From Tubiluchus corallicola (lineage: Eukaryota > Animalia > Priapulida): DNA of 37,020 nucleotides. The DNA lies in the NCBI GenBank assembly GCA_030141605.1, contig JAQGDQ010001511.1:1-37020 (forward strand), written 5' to 3'. The translations under genes and the position numbers were made by a program. The notes under the pieces were generated by a model. That model was given only the letters and a program-made list of their open reading frames with translations. It did no database searches and was not told the DNA's origin. Positions 23,306 through 34,100 of the stretch are shown here, piece by piece. Position 1 is the first letter of the stretch. Every line of letters begins with the position of its first letter.

Positions 23306-23944
23306 TCTCTTAGCCAAGAACAGACTGCCAACAGACCAGGTAAATTAGCTCTGTCAGTAGAGCATGACAGAAAGAAGCCAAGTCAAGACGTACATACGAA
23401 TGCAGTTAAAAAAGACAGTATGGGGGGGGGGGGGTTTTACAGAATGAGAGAACACTGAAGTAATAAAATAACCTAAAATCCTTCACAATTATTTTTATTT
23501 AATCTTTAACGATTGTTTAAGTTCTACAAATATCAGATAGTTTTCTGTTGTTTATGTCCCATAAGCTGATAGGTGAAGTACTTTGTAAGATAATAGTGTA
23601 ATTTAGAAAGGATGGAATTTACCAGTGGGCATAGTAGACCATTGGTCTAGGGCCCACGGGTATCTGTGAGCTTACTACAACTAATTTGTCACGTAGCCTG
23701 CTAACGCATAACCTTGTTTCAAGTATACAGCTGGTATTTTTTTCTATAATATATTCAAAACCAAAATGGCCGCTGTGTAATAAGTATAGGGCTGGGAGTA
23801 TGAATGCCCTGTACGTATTTTCTACATTGTATTGAAGTTCGTATTTTCTACATTGTAATGTTATGATATTATGTAGTATTTGCTGACATTTGACCATAGC
23901 AATAAATACAGTAAAAATATATAATGTATGCTAAAATACAGACA

Positions 23945-24572
23945 GGATGGTTTTCCATATACTACCCCATTTTCAACTCTGATATAAAATGTTAACACAA
24001 TTTATATTGCAAAAGCGTTTCTGGTAATTAAATAATAGGCAATAGGTAGTTAAATAATAAACAATTCTTAATTAATGGCAGGCAAGCCCAACTGTTGATG
24101 ACATCACAAACTAACATAATTTTCAACGGCAAAAATATTCCGCGAGCGTGTTGCACGTGTTTGCTAAGGCGAAAATTGAACTACTTTGCTACTGTAAGAT
24201 AGTCGCTGTATTGTAGTAAAGTCATGCATGTTTTAAAATAAAAATTCAAATTTCAAATTTGCCACTGTGCTCATGCGTGAGCTGTCGAACGTGTGTAGTT
24301 CCTCACAAACTAACACATCTGAAGTGACACGTACAACATCTGTTTTTTTGTGCAATGTGTTGCCGAAATACAAGTGCTAGTGCGCCCTTCTAACTATCGA
24401 ATGGCGAAATACATGTGAACCGCAAAGAACTAGTGGTGCGAACGTGAAATTGTGTTTTTGTGGTAATAATTCTTTCACGTAAGTCATTTTTGAAAAAAGT
24501 ATGTTTCCTTTTCAATATTTCAAAGAGTAGATTGTTTTGACCTACAATTTAAGATTGGGTCCAGTTTTGCTT
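23945..24572 (-). mobile_element. Dispersed ~600-bp repeat, copy 2 (inverted); possibly inside a decayed TIR element at ~23607-24652
   Basis: Reverse-complement match to 4910-5510. Flanked by GCCTAGGGCTC...GTAAATCCGGCACTG (ending 24652) and a degenerate partner GGAATTTACC...GGTCTAGGGCCC (~23613-23655). Confidence 0.65.
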
Positions 24573-24753
24573 GAAACAACAATATTTCTATGAATCTGGG
24601 GGTCCACTAATGAGTTTGGCCTAGGGCTCAAAAGCGGGTAAATCCGGCACTGAGATACCGATTAAATCTTTAATCAAATCACATGTCATCTGATCTAATT
24701 ACTGTTTTGTAAAATTTTTAACAATTGATGTTTTTTGTGTTGTATTTTTGTAG

Positions 24754-24900
24754 GCATTTCATCTGATAGATCTACAGTTAGATCGTCCCAGATTCTTGAG
24801 CAAATCTCTCGTCACTTTTGCCGTGTTCAATGTTTTTGTTTATTGTTTACTGGCAGCAGAATTTATTGCAACTGAGCTCATTACAGATGCTGAAATTCAG
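24754..24900 (+). CDS. Exon 5: loop plus TM4
   Basis: TTTTTGTAG|AFHLIDLQLDRPRFLSKSLVTFAVFNVFVYCLLAAEFIATELITDAEIQ|GTACGA. Confidence 0.85.
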
Positions 24901-25490
24901 GTACGATTAACTCTTTGGTTTTATAGCAATTGAGACTCCGTACGTCAGTGTTGACTCACTTTGGCGATATTTGTAAAACGAGACATTGAATAATCACGAG
25001 TGACATGTTCACTCAACAAGAGAAGTAGCTGAGGGCGGTACGGTAGTCTAAACCGCTTGGGAACAGTTTGCTTGGTGGTCAGCTATCCAGTTTTTGAATA
25101 TGTTTAGCACTGTTTAACTTGCAGATAAGCACACGCAGTGACTACTTGACTACTCTCTTTGCCAGTTCTTATGCTGTAGTACTCACTCAGTTAGTAGATA
25201 TGTAAGGTTTAACAAAATGCTTGGAATGTGCTAGCTAAAACATTCCACGGAGAGGTAGGGCTTTTAAAGCTTTCCAAGGATTCTAGTTGCTTTTCACATG
25301 GTAGTTTCATAATTCCCTTTCACAATACCTAGTATGATACAGCTACTATTCTAACTACTCGAAGAAGGTCATCTCAAAATTTTATGGATAGTTTTTATTT
25401 GCAACTGGTAGTAAAAAATCAATATATATTACAGTATGTATTTTGCTCTTTACTCTTTTGCCTGGAATTACTCACAGTAATATCTACATA

Positions 25491-25902
25491 CACTTGTATC
25501 TCGGTTTGCCATTCAAAAGTCGGGAGATGTCAGTCGAATTTTCTGATTATCCTTATTTACTGATACTAAGCTAATACAGTAGGCGCTGTGTATTCGACTC
25601 ACGGCAGAATCAGTCGCTTAATTGTCTCAAAAACCTCTAGTATGGGACACTTCTATGCAAAAGTATATAAAAACTGTCGGCAATTGACTAAAATATCTCC
25701 GCATAACTGATTCTATGTTTTTATAGAGATATACACGTGGTTACACTGATGTAATGATGTAAGCAACACGGCCCGCTAACTAGTGGTCAGCTCGCGAAAT
25801 AACGGAGAGGATCCGTATTATGCCGGACTTTTAACGGTCCAGATTTTGTCCGAATTTTTCGATGTCCGTAAAAGCGAGGTCTAGCAAACCGAGATACGAG
25901 TA
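25491..25902. mobile_element. TA-flanked MITE family C (Tc1/mariner-like)
   Basis: Imperfect TIRs CACTTGTATCTCGGTTTGC / GCAAACCGAGATACGAGTA with TA on both sides. Confidence 0.72.
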
Positions 25903-25936
25903 TAGTTCCGAGTCTAATACGTCTTCATGTTTTCAG

Positions 25937-26032
25937 GGACTTCTTAAAACGATGGTGAATTCCATATTTGCATTTCTAATGTTTGTGTCTGTCATCTGCT
26001 TTCTCATCTATGGAGTGGAAACTTACTTTCGG
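25937..26032 (+). CDS. Exon 6: TM5
   Basis: TTTTCAG|GLLKTMVNSIFAFLMFVSVICFLIYGVETYFR|GTGAGT. Confidence 0.87.
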
Positions 26033-26149
26033 GTGAGTTCATTTGCTGATTTTTACCATCCTTTCAAAACGTGGAGACATTCGAAAAATTCTATTTTAAG
26101 TGAAATCACAGTAAAGGAAAGCATCAAGGTTTCTAACAATTCTGTATAC

Positions 26150-26578
26150 CAGGGGTGTGCAAATTGCGGCCCACGGGCCACTTGCGGCCCGCCGAGAGAT
26201 CTTGTGCGGCCCGAGAAGAGGTTTGTCAACGTAATGAAAGTGCGGCCCGGGCGATCCAGCTGAAGTCTGCACCAATATCGCAAAGATAGGGTAGTTTTTT
26301 CCTCTAGATCGGATGGCATTAACCCTTACAAGACCGTTGTCACTTAATGTCACTGTCGGACATGGCGAAATATATGGTTTTTAATATAAATTTTAATAAC
26401 TTCTAAAATAGTTTCTTGAGTGTAGTATGCAGTAGTGATGATGTGCGCAAATCGGATGCAAAAAAAATCGTTATTAGGTCCTACTGTACTTGGCTCCTTG
26501 ACCAAACTGCATGTGGCCCACAGGAAGTGCGGGAATGTTTAATGTGGCCCGGCTAGTCAGATAATTTGCACACCTCTG
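26150..26578 (+). mobile_element. hAT MITE, family A, copy 2
   Basis: CAGGGGTGTGCAAATT...AATTTGCACACCTCTG with a perfect 8-bp TSD CTGTATAC. Confidence 0.92.
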
Positions 26579-26896
26579 CTGTATACACATGTTACTCAGC
26601 CTATAGAGGCATCTCTATATTTCTTACAGTTTGTAACTTTTATGAAATTTGTGAGTCTAGCCGTTATTGGGCAAATTCTAAATGAACTAAATGAATAGAC
26701 GTGATGAATGTAATGTGGATGCGATGGACGTTGCTAGAATAAAAATCACGTTGCAAAAAGTATTCAAGTTGATTTGCGCATAATATATGAAGTACATAAC
26801 GTTTACATTGATGACCAATGGGTACTAAACGCTCAGCCCACCACGTCAACACTTACGTAGGTCCGTTCGTTTTTGTGAATGGACGCTCGAAATTGT

Positions 26897-27190
26897 GTCC
26901 ACTACATTCAAATACACATACCAAATGGACATCTACTGCATTTAAATACACATACCAAATGGACATCTACTGCATTTAAATACACATACCAAATGGACAT
27001 CTACTGCATTTAAATACACATACCAAATGGACATCTACTGCATTTAAATACACATACCAAATGGACATCTACTGCATTTAAATACACATACCAAATGGAC
27101 ATCTACTGCATTTAAATACACATACCAAATGGACATCTACTGCATTTAAATACACATACCAAATGGACATCTACTGCATTTAAATACACA
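26897..27190. repeat. 34-bp tandem repeat, ~8 copies
   Basis: Unit TTTAAATACACATACCAAATGGACATCTACTGCA. Confidence 0.92.
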
Positions 27191-27426
27191 TAGTAAACAC
27201 ACATAGTAAACACACATAGTAAACACACATAGTAAACACACATAGTAAACACACATAGTAAACACACATAGTAAACACACATAGTAAACACACATAGTAA
27301 ACACACATAGTAAACACACATAGTAAACACACATAGTAAACACACATAGTAAACACACATAGTAAACACACATAGTAAACACACATAGTAAACACACATA
27401 GTAAACACACATAGTAAACACACATA
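27186..27426. repeat. 13-bp tandem repeat, ~18 copies
   Basis: Unit TAGTAAACACACA. Confidence 0.92.
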
Positions 27427-27454
27427 AATCACATCCAACAAAATAGTCTTCAAT

Positions 27455-28228
27455 TTAGTGAATGGACGATCGTAGTTACGTCCAAGGTTACGTTGGTAGA
27501 TGGTCGTTCAACGTATGTCCATTGCGTCCAACGAGTCCATGGAAATAGTAAACGGATGTCCATCGGAATGTGTCCTTTAGTTTAGTGAATGGACGCTCGA
27601 AGTTACGTCCAAGGTTACTTTGGTAGATGGTCGTTCAACGTATGTCCATTGCGTCCAACGAGTCCATGAAAATAGTAAACGGGTGTCCATTGGAATGTGT
27701 CCTTTAGTTTAGTGAATGGACGCTCGTAGTTACGTCCAAGGTTACGTAGGTAGATGGTCGTTCAACGTATGTCCATTGCGTTCAACAAGTCCATGGAAAT
27801 AGTAAACGGATGTCCATCTGAATGTGTCCTTTAGTTTAGTGAATGGACGATCGTAGTTACGTCCAAGGTTACATAGGTAGATGGTCGTTCAACGTATGTC
27901 CATTGCGTTCAACAAGTCCATGGAAATAGTAAACGGGTGTCCATTGGAATGTGTCCTTTAGTTTAGTGAATGGACGATCGTAGTTACGTCCAAGGTTACG
28001 TAGGTAGATGGTCGTTCAACGTATGTCCATTGCGTTCAACAAGTCCATGGAAATAGTAAACGGATGTCCATTGGAATGTGTCCTTTAGTTTAGTGAATGG
28101 ACGCTCGTAGTTACGTCCAAGGTTACGTAGGTAGATGGTCGTTCAACGTATGTCCATTGCGTTCAACAAGTCCATGGAAATAGTAAACGGATGTCCATCG
28201 GAATGTGTCCTTTAGTGAATGGACGATC
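27455..28228. repeat. 127-bp tandem repeat, ~6 copies
   Basis: TTAGTGAATGGACG at 27455, 27582, 27709 and onward. Rich in TGGACG/CGTCCA words. Confidence 0.92.
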
Positions 28229-28412
28229 AAAAATAACGTCCATCGCGTAGAAAATTACTTTCGTCAAGTCCATCAAATTCGGTAGATTTTGCAACTTAAT
28301 TAAGAGTTATTATGGATCATCTTCCGCAGTGTTTTGTGTCTAACCAAGTGACCACTCGTGTTACTGCTGTACAGACTGTTTCAGAGCTAATCAGTCTAAT
28401 ATGTGTGTTAAC

Positions 28413-28788
28413 TAGGGGTGAGCATCGAATGCTCGAATTCGATTCGAACGAGTTTTTTTAGTTCGAACTCGATTCGAATCCAAAACTATAGATTCGAATA
28501 ATTTAGCACTTCAATCACACATGTTCTTTATCACTAAAACGATTGAAACATCATGCAATTAGCATAATTTAGCTGTGATTTATGCACACAATTTTAAAGA
28601 AATTACTAGTGATTTTGCTGCAGAACAAAATCTAGTGATATGCATGATCTTTGTAAGACTAATTTTTGCTAGCGGTTCAAAAACTTGTTCGAAAATCGTT
28701 CGATCTCAATTCGAATTAGGTTCGAATTCGAAACACTGAAGTTCGGTTCGATTCGAATTCGCTTTCTTTTAAAGAATGCTCACCCCTA
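28413..28788. mobile_element. hAT MITE, family B
   Basis: TIRs TAGGGGTGAGCAT / ATGCTCACCCCTA, a perfect 8-bp TSD GTGTTAAC, and clustered subterminal TTCGA/TCGAA motifs. Confidence 0.92.
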
Positions 28789-28858
28789 GTGTTAACTATA
28801 AGTAATAATTTGTTTTTTTAATTCTCAAACTTTTTATCAGTTTGTGTTTGCATTACAG

Positions 28859-29013
28859 GTACATGGTGCTTGGTCGAGTCGAGGCATTACAAAGTCTGTT
28901 AACAGTATTCAGCTTCACATGTCACGGCTGGGTTTGATATCTCAAGCTGGTCTTCAACTCTTTATTGTTCTCTTTCTCGTTTTTGACATCTTAGGTGATA
29001 AATGGAAGAAAGA
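28859..29013 (+). CDS. Exon 7: loop plus TM6
   Basis: TTACAG|VHGAWSSRGITKSVNSIQLHMSRLGLISQAGLQLFIVLFLVFDILGDKWKK-GA|GTAAGG (phase 2). Confidence 0.83.
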
Positions 29014-29079
29014 GTAAGGGTCCTTTCACACCGATTTTATGATTGTTTGTGCTGTGAATGTAGTAGATATTTTCTAGAC

Positions 29080-29608
29080 CAGGGGTGTGCAAATTGCGGC
29101 CCGCCGAGAGAATTTGTGCGGCCCACGAACCACTTGCGGCCTGCCGAGAGAATTTGTGCGGCCCGCGAAGAGATTTGTCAACCAAATGAAAGTGCGGCCC
29201 GGGCGATTAATTGAGTGTATCCAGCTGAAGTCCGTGCCATGATCCCAAAGATAGTGCGGGTAGTTTTTTCTATTAGATCGGATGCCATTAACCCTTACAA
29301 GACGGTTGTAGCTTAATGTCACTGTACTACACAGACTGTGTGTTACACATTACTAATATGCATTGTGATGAAATTACCACTATCTGCCCTGAAAGTAGAA
29401 ATATATGGTTTGTATATAAGTTTTAATAACTTCTAAAATAGTTTCTTAAGCGTAGTAGTGTAGTAGCAATGATGTACGCAGGTCGGATGCAAAAAAATCG
29501 TTATTAGGCCTTTCTGTACTTGGTTCCTTGATCAAACTGCCTGTGGCCCGCAGGAATTGCGGGAAAGTTTAATGTGGCCCGGCTAGTCAGATAATTTGCA
29601 CACCCCTG
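29080..29608 (+). mobile_element. hAT MITE, family A, copy 3
   Basis: Same TIRs and body as 7738-8222. The flanks TTCTAGAC / GTTTAGGC match at only 5 of 8 positions. Confidence 0.88.
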
Positions 29609-29817
29609 GTTTAGGCACTGTCATTTTGCAAATTAATCGGTATGTAAATGTTTTGATCGTTATACATATTCTAATTGTTGCCTCGGTTGATCCAACAGGT
29701 ATCTACCTTGTTGCTAGATAATTATTTTTCTCTTGATACATCAATGTGAATTAGCCACAGTCAAAATAGCATTGAATCTGATCAGTAATTTGGCAGTTAG
29801 CATTAGCGAATATGACA

Positions 29818-30324
29818 TTATTATTACTACAGTTAAGCAATACTGAACCTGGTCAGTAATTTAATAGTCAGTGTTCTCTATGTGCCATTCAATGCAGATT
29901 TTTTTGTTTGCATTTTAGAGATTGAAGGTTGGGATTAGTGAATACGGGGTTATTATTACTACAGTTAAGCAATGCTGAGCCTGGTCAGTAATTTAATAGT
30001 CAGTGTTCTCTATGTGCCATTCAATGCAGATTTTTTTGTTTGCATTTTAGAGATTGAAGGTTGGGATTAGTGAATACGGGGTTATTATTACTACAGTTAA
30101 GCAACGCTGAGCCTGGTCAGTAATTTAATAGTCAGTGTTCTCTATGTGCCATTCAATGCAGATTTTTTTGTTTGCATTTTAGAGATTACAGGTTGGGATT
30201 AGTGAATACGAGGTTATTATTACTACAGTTAAGCAACGCTGAGCCTGGTCAGTAATTTAATAGTCAGTGTTCTCGATGTGCCATTCAATGCAGATTTTTT
30301 TGTTTGCAGTTTAGAGATCAGAGG
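29818..30324 (+). repeat. 132-bp tandem repeat (~3.8 copies) containing the exon 8 acceptor region
   Basis: TTATTACTACAGTTAAGCAA at 29821, 29953, 30085 and 30217. The last copy runs into exon 8. Confidence 0.9.
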
Positions 30325-30408
30325 TCGCAATGTGTACGACATCGCGTTTCGCGTGGCCGAGATTGGAGTAGCACTGTGGTTTCCTTGCTGCTTATGGAAC
30401 TGGAGAAG
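30310..30408 (+). CDS. Exon 8: TM7
   Basis: TTTTTGTTTGCAG|T-LEIRGRNVYDIAFRVAEIGVALWFPCCLWNWR-AG|GTATGG. Confidence 0.85.
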
Positions 30409-30521
30409 GTATGGTGAAGCGGCGGTGTCAAAATTGATAATTAATTATTTTTAATGATCGTAATTAGCTAACTATTAACAATAACCTGAATATATAGTTA
30501 CCATTCAGCTTAGTACATTAG

Positions 30522-31012
30522 TAAATTGTTGGTGTTGTTTTACAGCCCGGAACAGTTGTGGATAAATTGTTGGTGTTGTTTTACAGCCCGGAACAGTTGT
30601 GGTAAATTGTTGGTGTTGTTTTACAGCCCGGAACAGTTGTGGTAAATTGTTGGTGTTGTTTTACAGCCCGGAACAGTTGTGGTAAATTGTTGGTGTTGTT
30701 TTACAGCCCGGAACAGTTGTGGTAAATTGTTGGTGTTGTTTTACAGCCCGGAACAGTTGTGGAGTAAATTGTTGGTGTTGTTTTACAGCCCGGAACAGTT
30801 GTGGATAAATTGTTGGTGTTGTTTTACAGCCCGGAACAGTTGTGGAGTAAATTGTTGGTGTTGTTTTACAGCCCGGAACAGTTGTGGATAAATTGTTGGT
30901 GTTGTTTTACAGCCCGGAACAGTTGTGGATAAATTGTTGGTGTTGTTTTACAGCCCGGAACAGTTGTGGATAAATTGTTGGTGTTGTTTTACAGCCCGGA
31001 ACAGTTGTGGAT
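30522..31012 (+). repeat. 40-42-bp tandem array made of the exon 9 splice acceptor plus the exon start (12 copies)
   Basis: Unit TAAATTGTTGGTGTTGTTTTACAG|CCCGGAACAGTTGTGG(A/AG). Confidence 0.93.
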
Positions 31013-31116
31013 ATTAAATCCACAGAAGATACTGAAACAGAGGGAAAAGTCTGAGAGGAGTGAGTCAGAGTGTTTACTGAAAAAAAGACATGTTAGCTAC
31101 CAGTCTACGTCATCAG
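30995..31116 (+). CDS. Exon 9: cytoplasmic linker
   Basis: TTTTACAG|C-PEQLWILNPQKILKQREKSERSESECLLKKRHVSYQSTSS-G|GTGAGA. Phases match exons 8 and 10. Confidence 0.82.
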
Positions 31117-31123
31117 GTGAGAT

Positions 31124-34100
31124 TTCAATGAGAAAAAGTGTGTGCATGCATTTGCATTCAGTGAGGAAAAGTGCGTGCATGCATTTGCATTCAATGAGAA
31201 GAAGTGTGTGCATGCATTTGCATTCAGTGAGGAAAAGTGCGTGCATGCATTTGCATTCAATGAGAAAAAGTGTGTGCATGCATTTGCATTCAATGAGAAA
31301 AAGTGTGTGTATGCATTTGCATTCAATGAGAAAAAGTGCGTGCATGCATTTGTATTCAATGAGGAAAAGTGCGTGCGTGCATTTGCATTCAATGAGAAAA
31401 AGTGTGTGCATGCATTTGCATTCAATGAGAAAAAGTGCGTGTATGCATTTGCATTCAATGAGAAAAAGTGCGTGTATGCATTTACATTCAATGAGAAAAA
31501 GTGTGTGCATGCATTTGCATTCAATGAGAAAAAGTGTGTGCATGCATTTGCATTCAATGAGAAAAAGTGTGTGTATGCATTTGCATTCAATGAGAAAAAG
31601 TGTGTGTATGCATTTGCATTCAATGAGAAAAAGTGCGTGCGTGCATTTGCATTCAATGAGAAAAAGTGCGTGCATGCATTTGTATTCAATGAGAAAAAGT
31701 GTATGCACGCATTTGCATTCAATGAGAAAAAGTGTGTGCATGCATTTGCATTCAATGAGAAAAAGTGTGTGCATGCATTTGCATTCAATGAGAAAAAGTG
31801 TGTGTATGCATTTGCATTCAATGAGAAGAAGTGTGTGCGTGCATTTGCATTCAATGAGAAAAAGTGCGTGCGTGCATTTGCATTCAATGAGAAAAAGTGC
31901 GTGCATGCATTTGTATTCAATGAGAAAAAGTGTGTGCATGCATTTGCATTCAATGAGAAAAAGTGTGTGCGTGCATTTGCATTCAATGAGAAAAAGTGTG
32001 TGCGTGCATTTGCATTCAATGAGAAAAAGTGTGTGCGTGCATTTGCATTCAATGAGAAAAAGTGCGTGTATGCATTTGCATTCAATGAGAAAAAGTGTGT
32101 GTATGCATTTGCATTCAATGAGAAGAAGTGTGTGCGTGCATTTGCATTCAATGAGAAAAAGTGTGTGCGTGCATTTGCATTCAATGAGAAAAAGTGTGTG
32201 TATGCATTTGCATTCAATGAGAAAAAGTGCGTGTATGCATTTGCATTCAATGAGAAGAAGTGTGTGCGTGCATTTGCATTCAATGAGAAAAAGTGCGTGC
32301 GTGCATTTGCATTCAATGAGAAAAAGTGTGTGTATGCATTTGCATTCAATGAGAAAAAGTGTGTGTATGCATTTGCATTCAATGAGAAAAAGTGCGTGCG
32401 TGCATTTGCATTCAATGAGAAAAAGTGCGTGCATGCATTTGTATTCAATGAGAAAAAGTGTATGCACGCATTTGCATTCAATGAGAAAAAGTGTGTGTAT
32501 GCATTTGCATTCAATGAGAAAAAGTGTGTGCATGCATTTGCATTCAATGAGAAGAAGTGTGTGTATGCATTTGCATTCAATGAGAAGAAGTGTGTGCGTG
32601 CATTTGCATTCAATGAGAAAAAGTGCGTGCGTGCATTTGCATTCAATGAGAAAAAGTGCGTGCATGCATTTGTATTCAATGAGAAAAAGTGTGTGCATGC
32701 ATTTGCATTCAATGAGAAAAAGTGTGTGCGTGCATTTGCATTCAATGAGAAAAAGTGTGTGCATGCATTTGCATTCAATGAGAAAAAGTGTGTGTATGCA
32801 TTTGCATTCAATGAGAAAAAGTGCGTGTATGCATTTGCATTCAATGAGAAGAAGTGTGTGCGTGCATTTGCATTCAATGAGAAAAAGTGCGTGCGTGCAT
32901 TTGCATTCAATGAGAAAAAGTGTGTGTATGCATTTGCATTCAATGAGAAAAAGTGTGTGTATGCATTTGCATTCAATGAGAAAAAGTGCGTGCGTGCATT
33001 TGCATTCAATGAGAAAAAGTGCGTGCATGCATTTGTATTCAATGAGAAAAAGTGTATGCACGCATTTGCATTCAATGAGAAAAAGTGTGTGTATGCATTT
33101 GCATTCAATGAGAAAAAGTGTGTGCATGCATTTGCATTCAATGAGAAGAAGTGTGTGTATGCATTTGCATTCAATGAGAAGAAGTGTGTGCGTGCATTTG
33201 CATTCAATGAGAAAAAGTGCGTGCGTGCATTTGCATTCAATGAGAAAAAGTGCGTGCATGCATTTGTATTCAATGAGAAAAAGTGTGTGCATGCATTTGC
33301 ATTCAATGAGAAAAAGTGTGTGCACGCATTTGCATTCAATGAGAAAAAGTGTGTGCATGCATTTGCATTCAATGAGAAAAAGTGTGTGCATGCATTTGCA
33401 TTCAATGAGAAAAAGTGTGTGCATGCATTTGTATTCAATGAGAAAAAGTGTGTGCATGCATTTGCAATCAATGAGAAAAAGTGTGTACATGCATTTGCAT
33501 TCAATGAGAAAAAGTGTGTGCATGCATTTGCATTCAATGAGAAAAAGTGCGTGCATGCATTTGCATTCAATGAGAAAAAGTGCGTGCATGCATTTGCATT
33601 CAATGAGAAAAAGTACGTGTATGCATTTGCATTCAATGAGAAAAAGTACGTGTATGCATTTGCATTCAATGAGAAAAAGTGCGTGCATGCATTTGCATTC
33701 AATGAGAAAAAGTGCGTGCATGCATTTGCATTCAATGAGAAAAAGTGTGTACATGCATTTGCATTCAATGAGAAAAAGTGTGTACATGCATTTGCATTCA
33801 ATGAGAAAAAGTGTGTGCACGCATTTGCATTCAATGAGAAAAAGTGTGTACATGCATTTGCATTCAATGAGAAAAAGTGTGTGCATGCATTTGCATTCAA
33901 TGAGAAAAAGTGTGTGCACGCATTTGCATTCAATGAGAAAAAGTGTGTGCATGCATTTACATTCAATGAGAAAAAGTGTGTGCATGCATTTGCATTCAAT
34001 GAGAAAAAGTGCGTGCATGCATTTGCATTCAATGAGAAAAAGTGCGTGCATGCATTTGCATTCAATGAGAAAAAGTGCGTTCAATCAGAAAAAGTACGTG

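Noticed and set aside
27112-27453. Hydrophobic Cys-rich ORFs on the minus strand
   Set aside because: Translation of the 13-bp repeat in all three frames.
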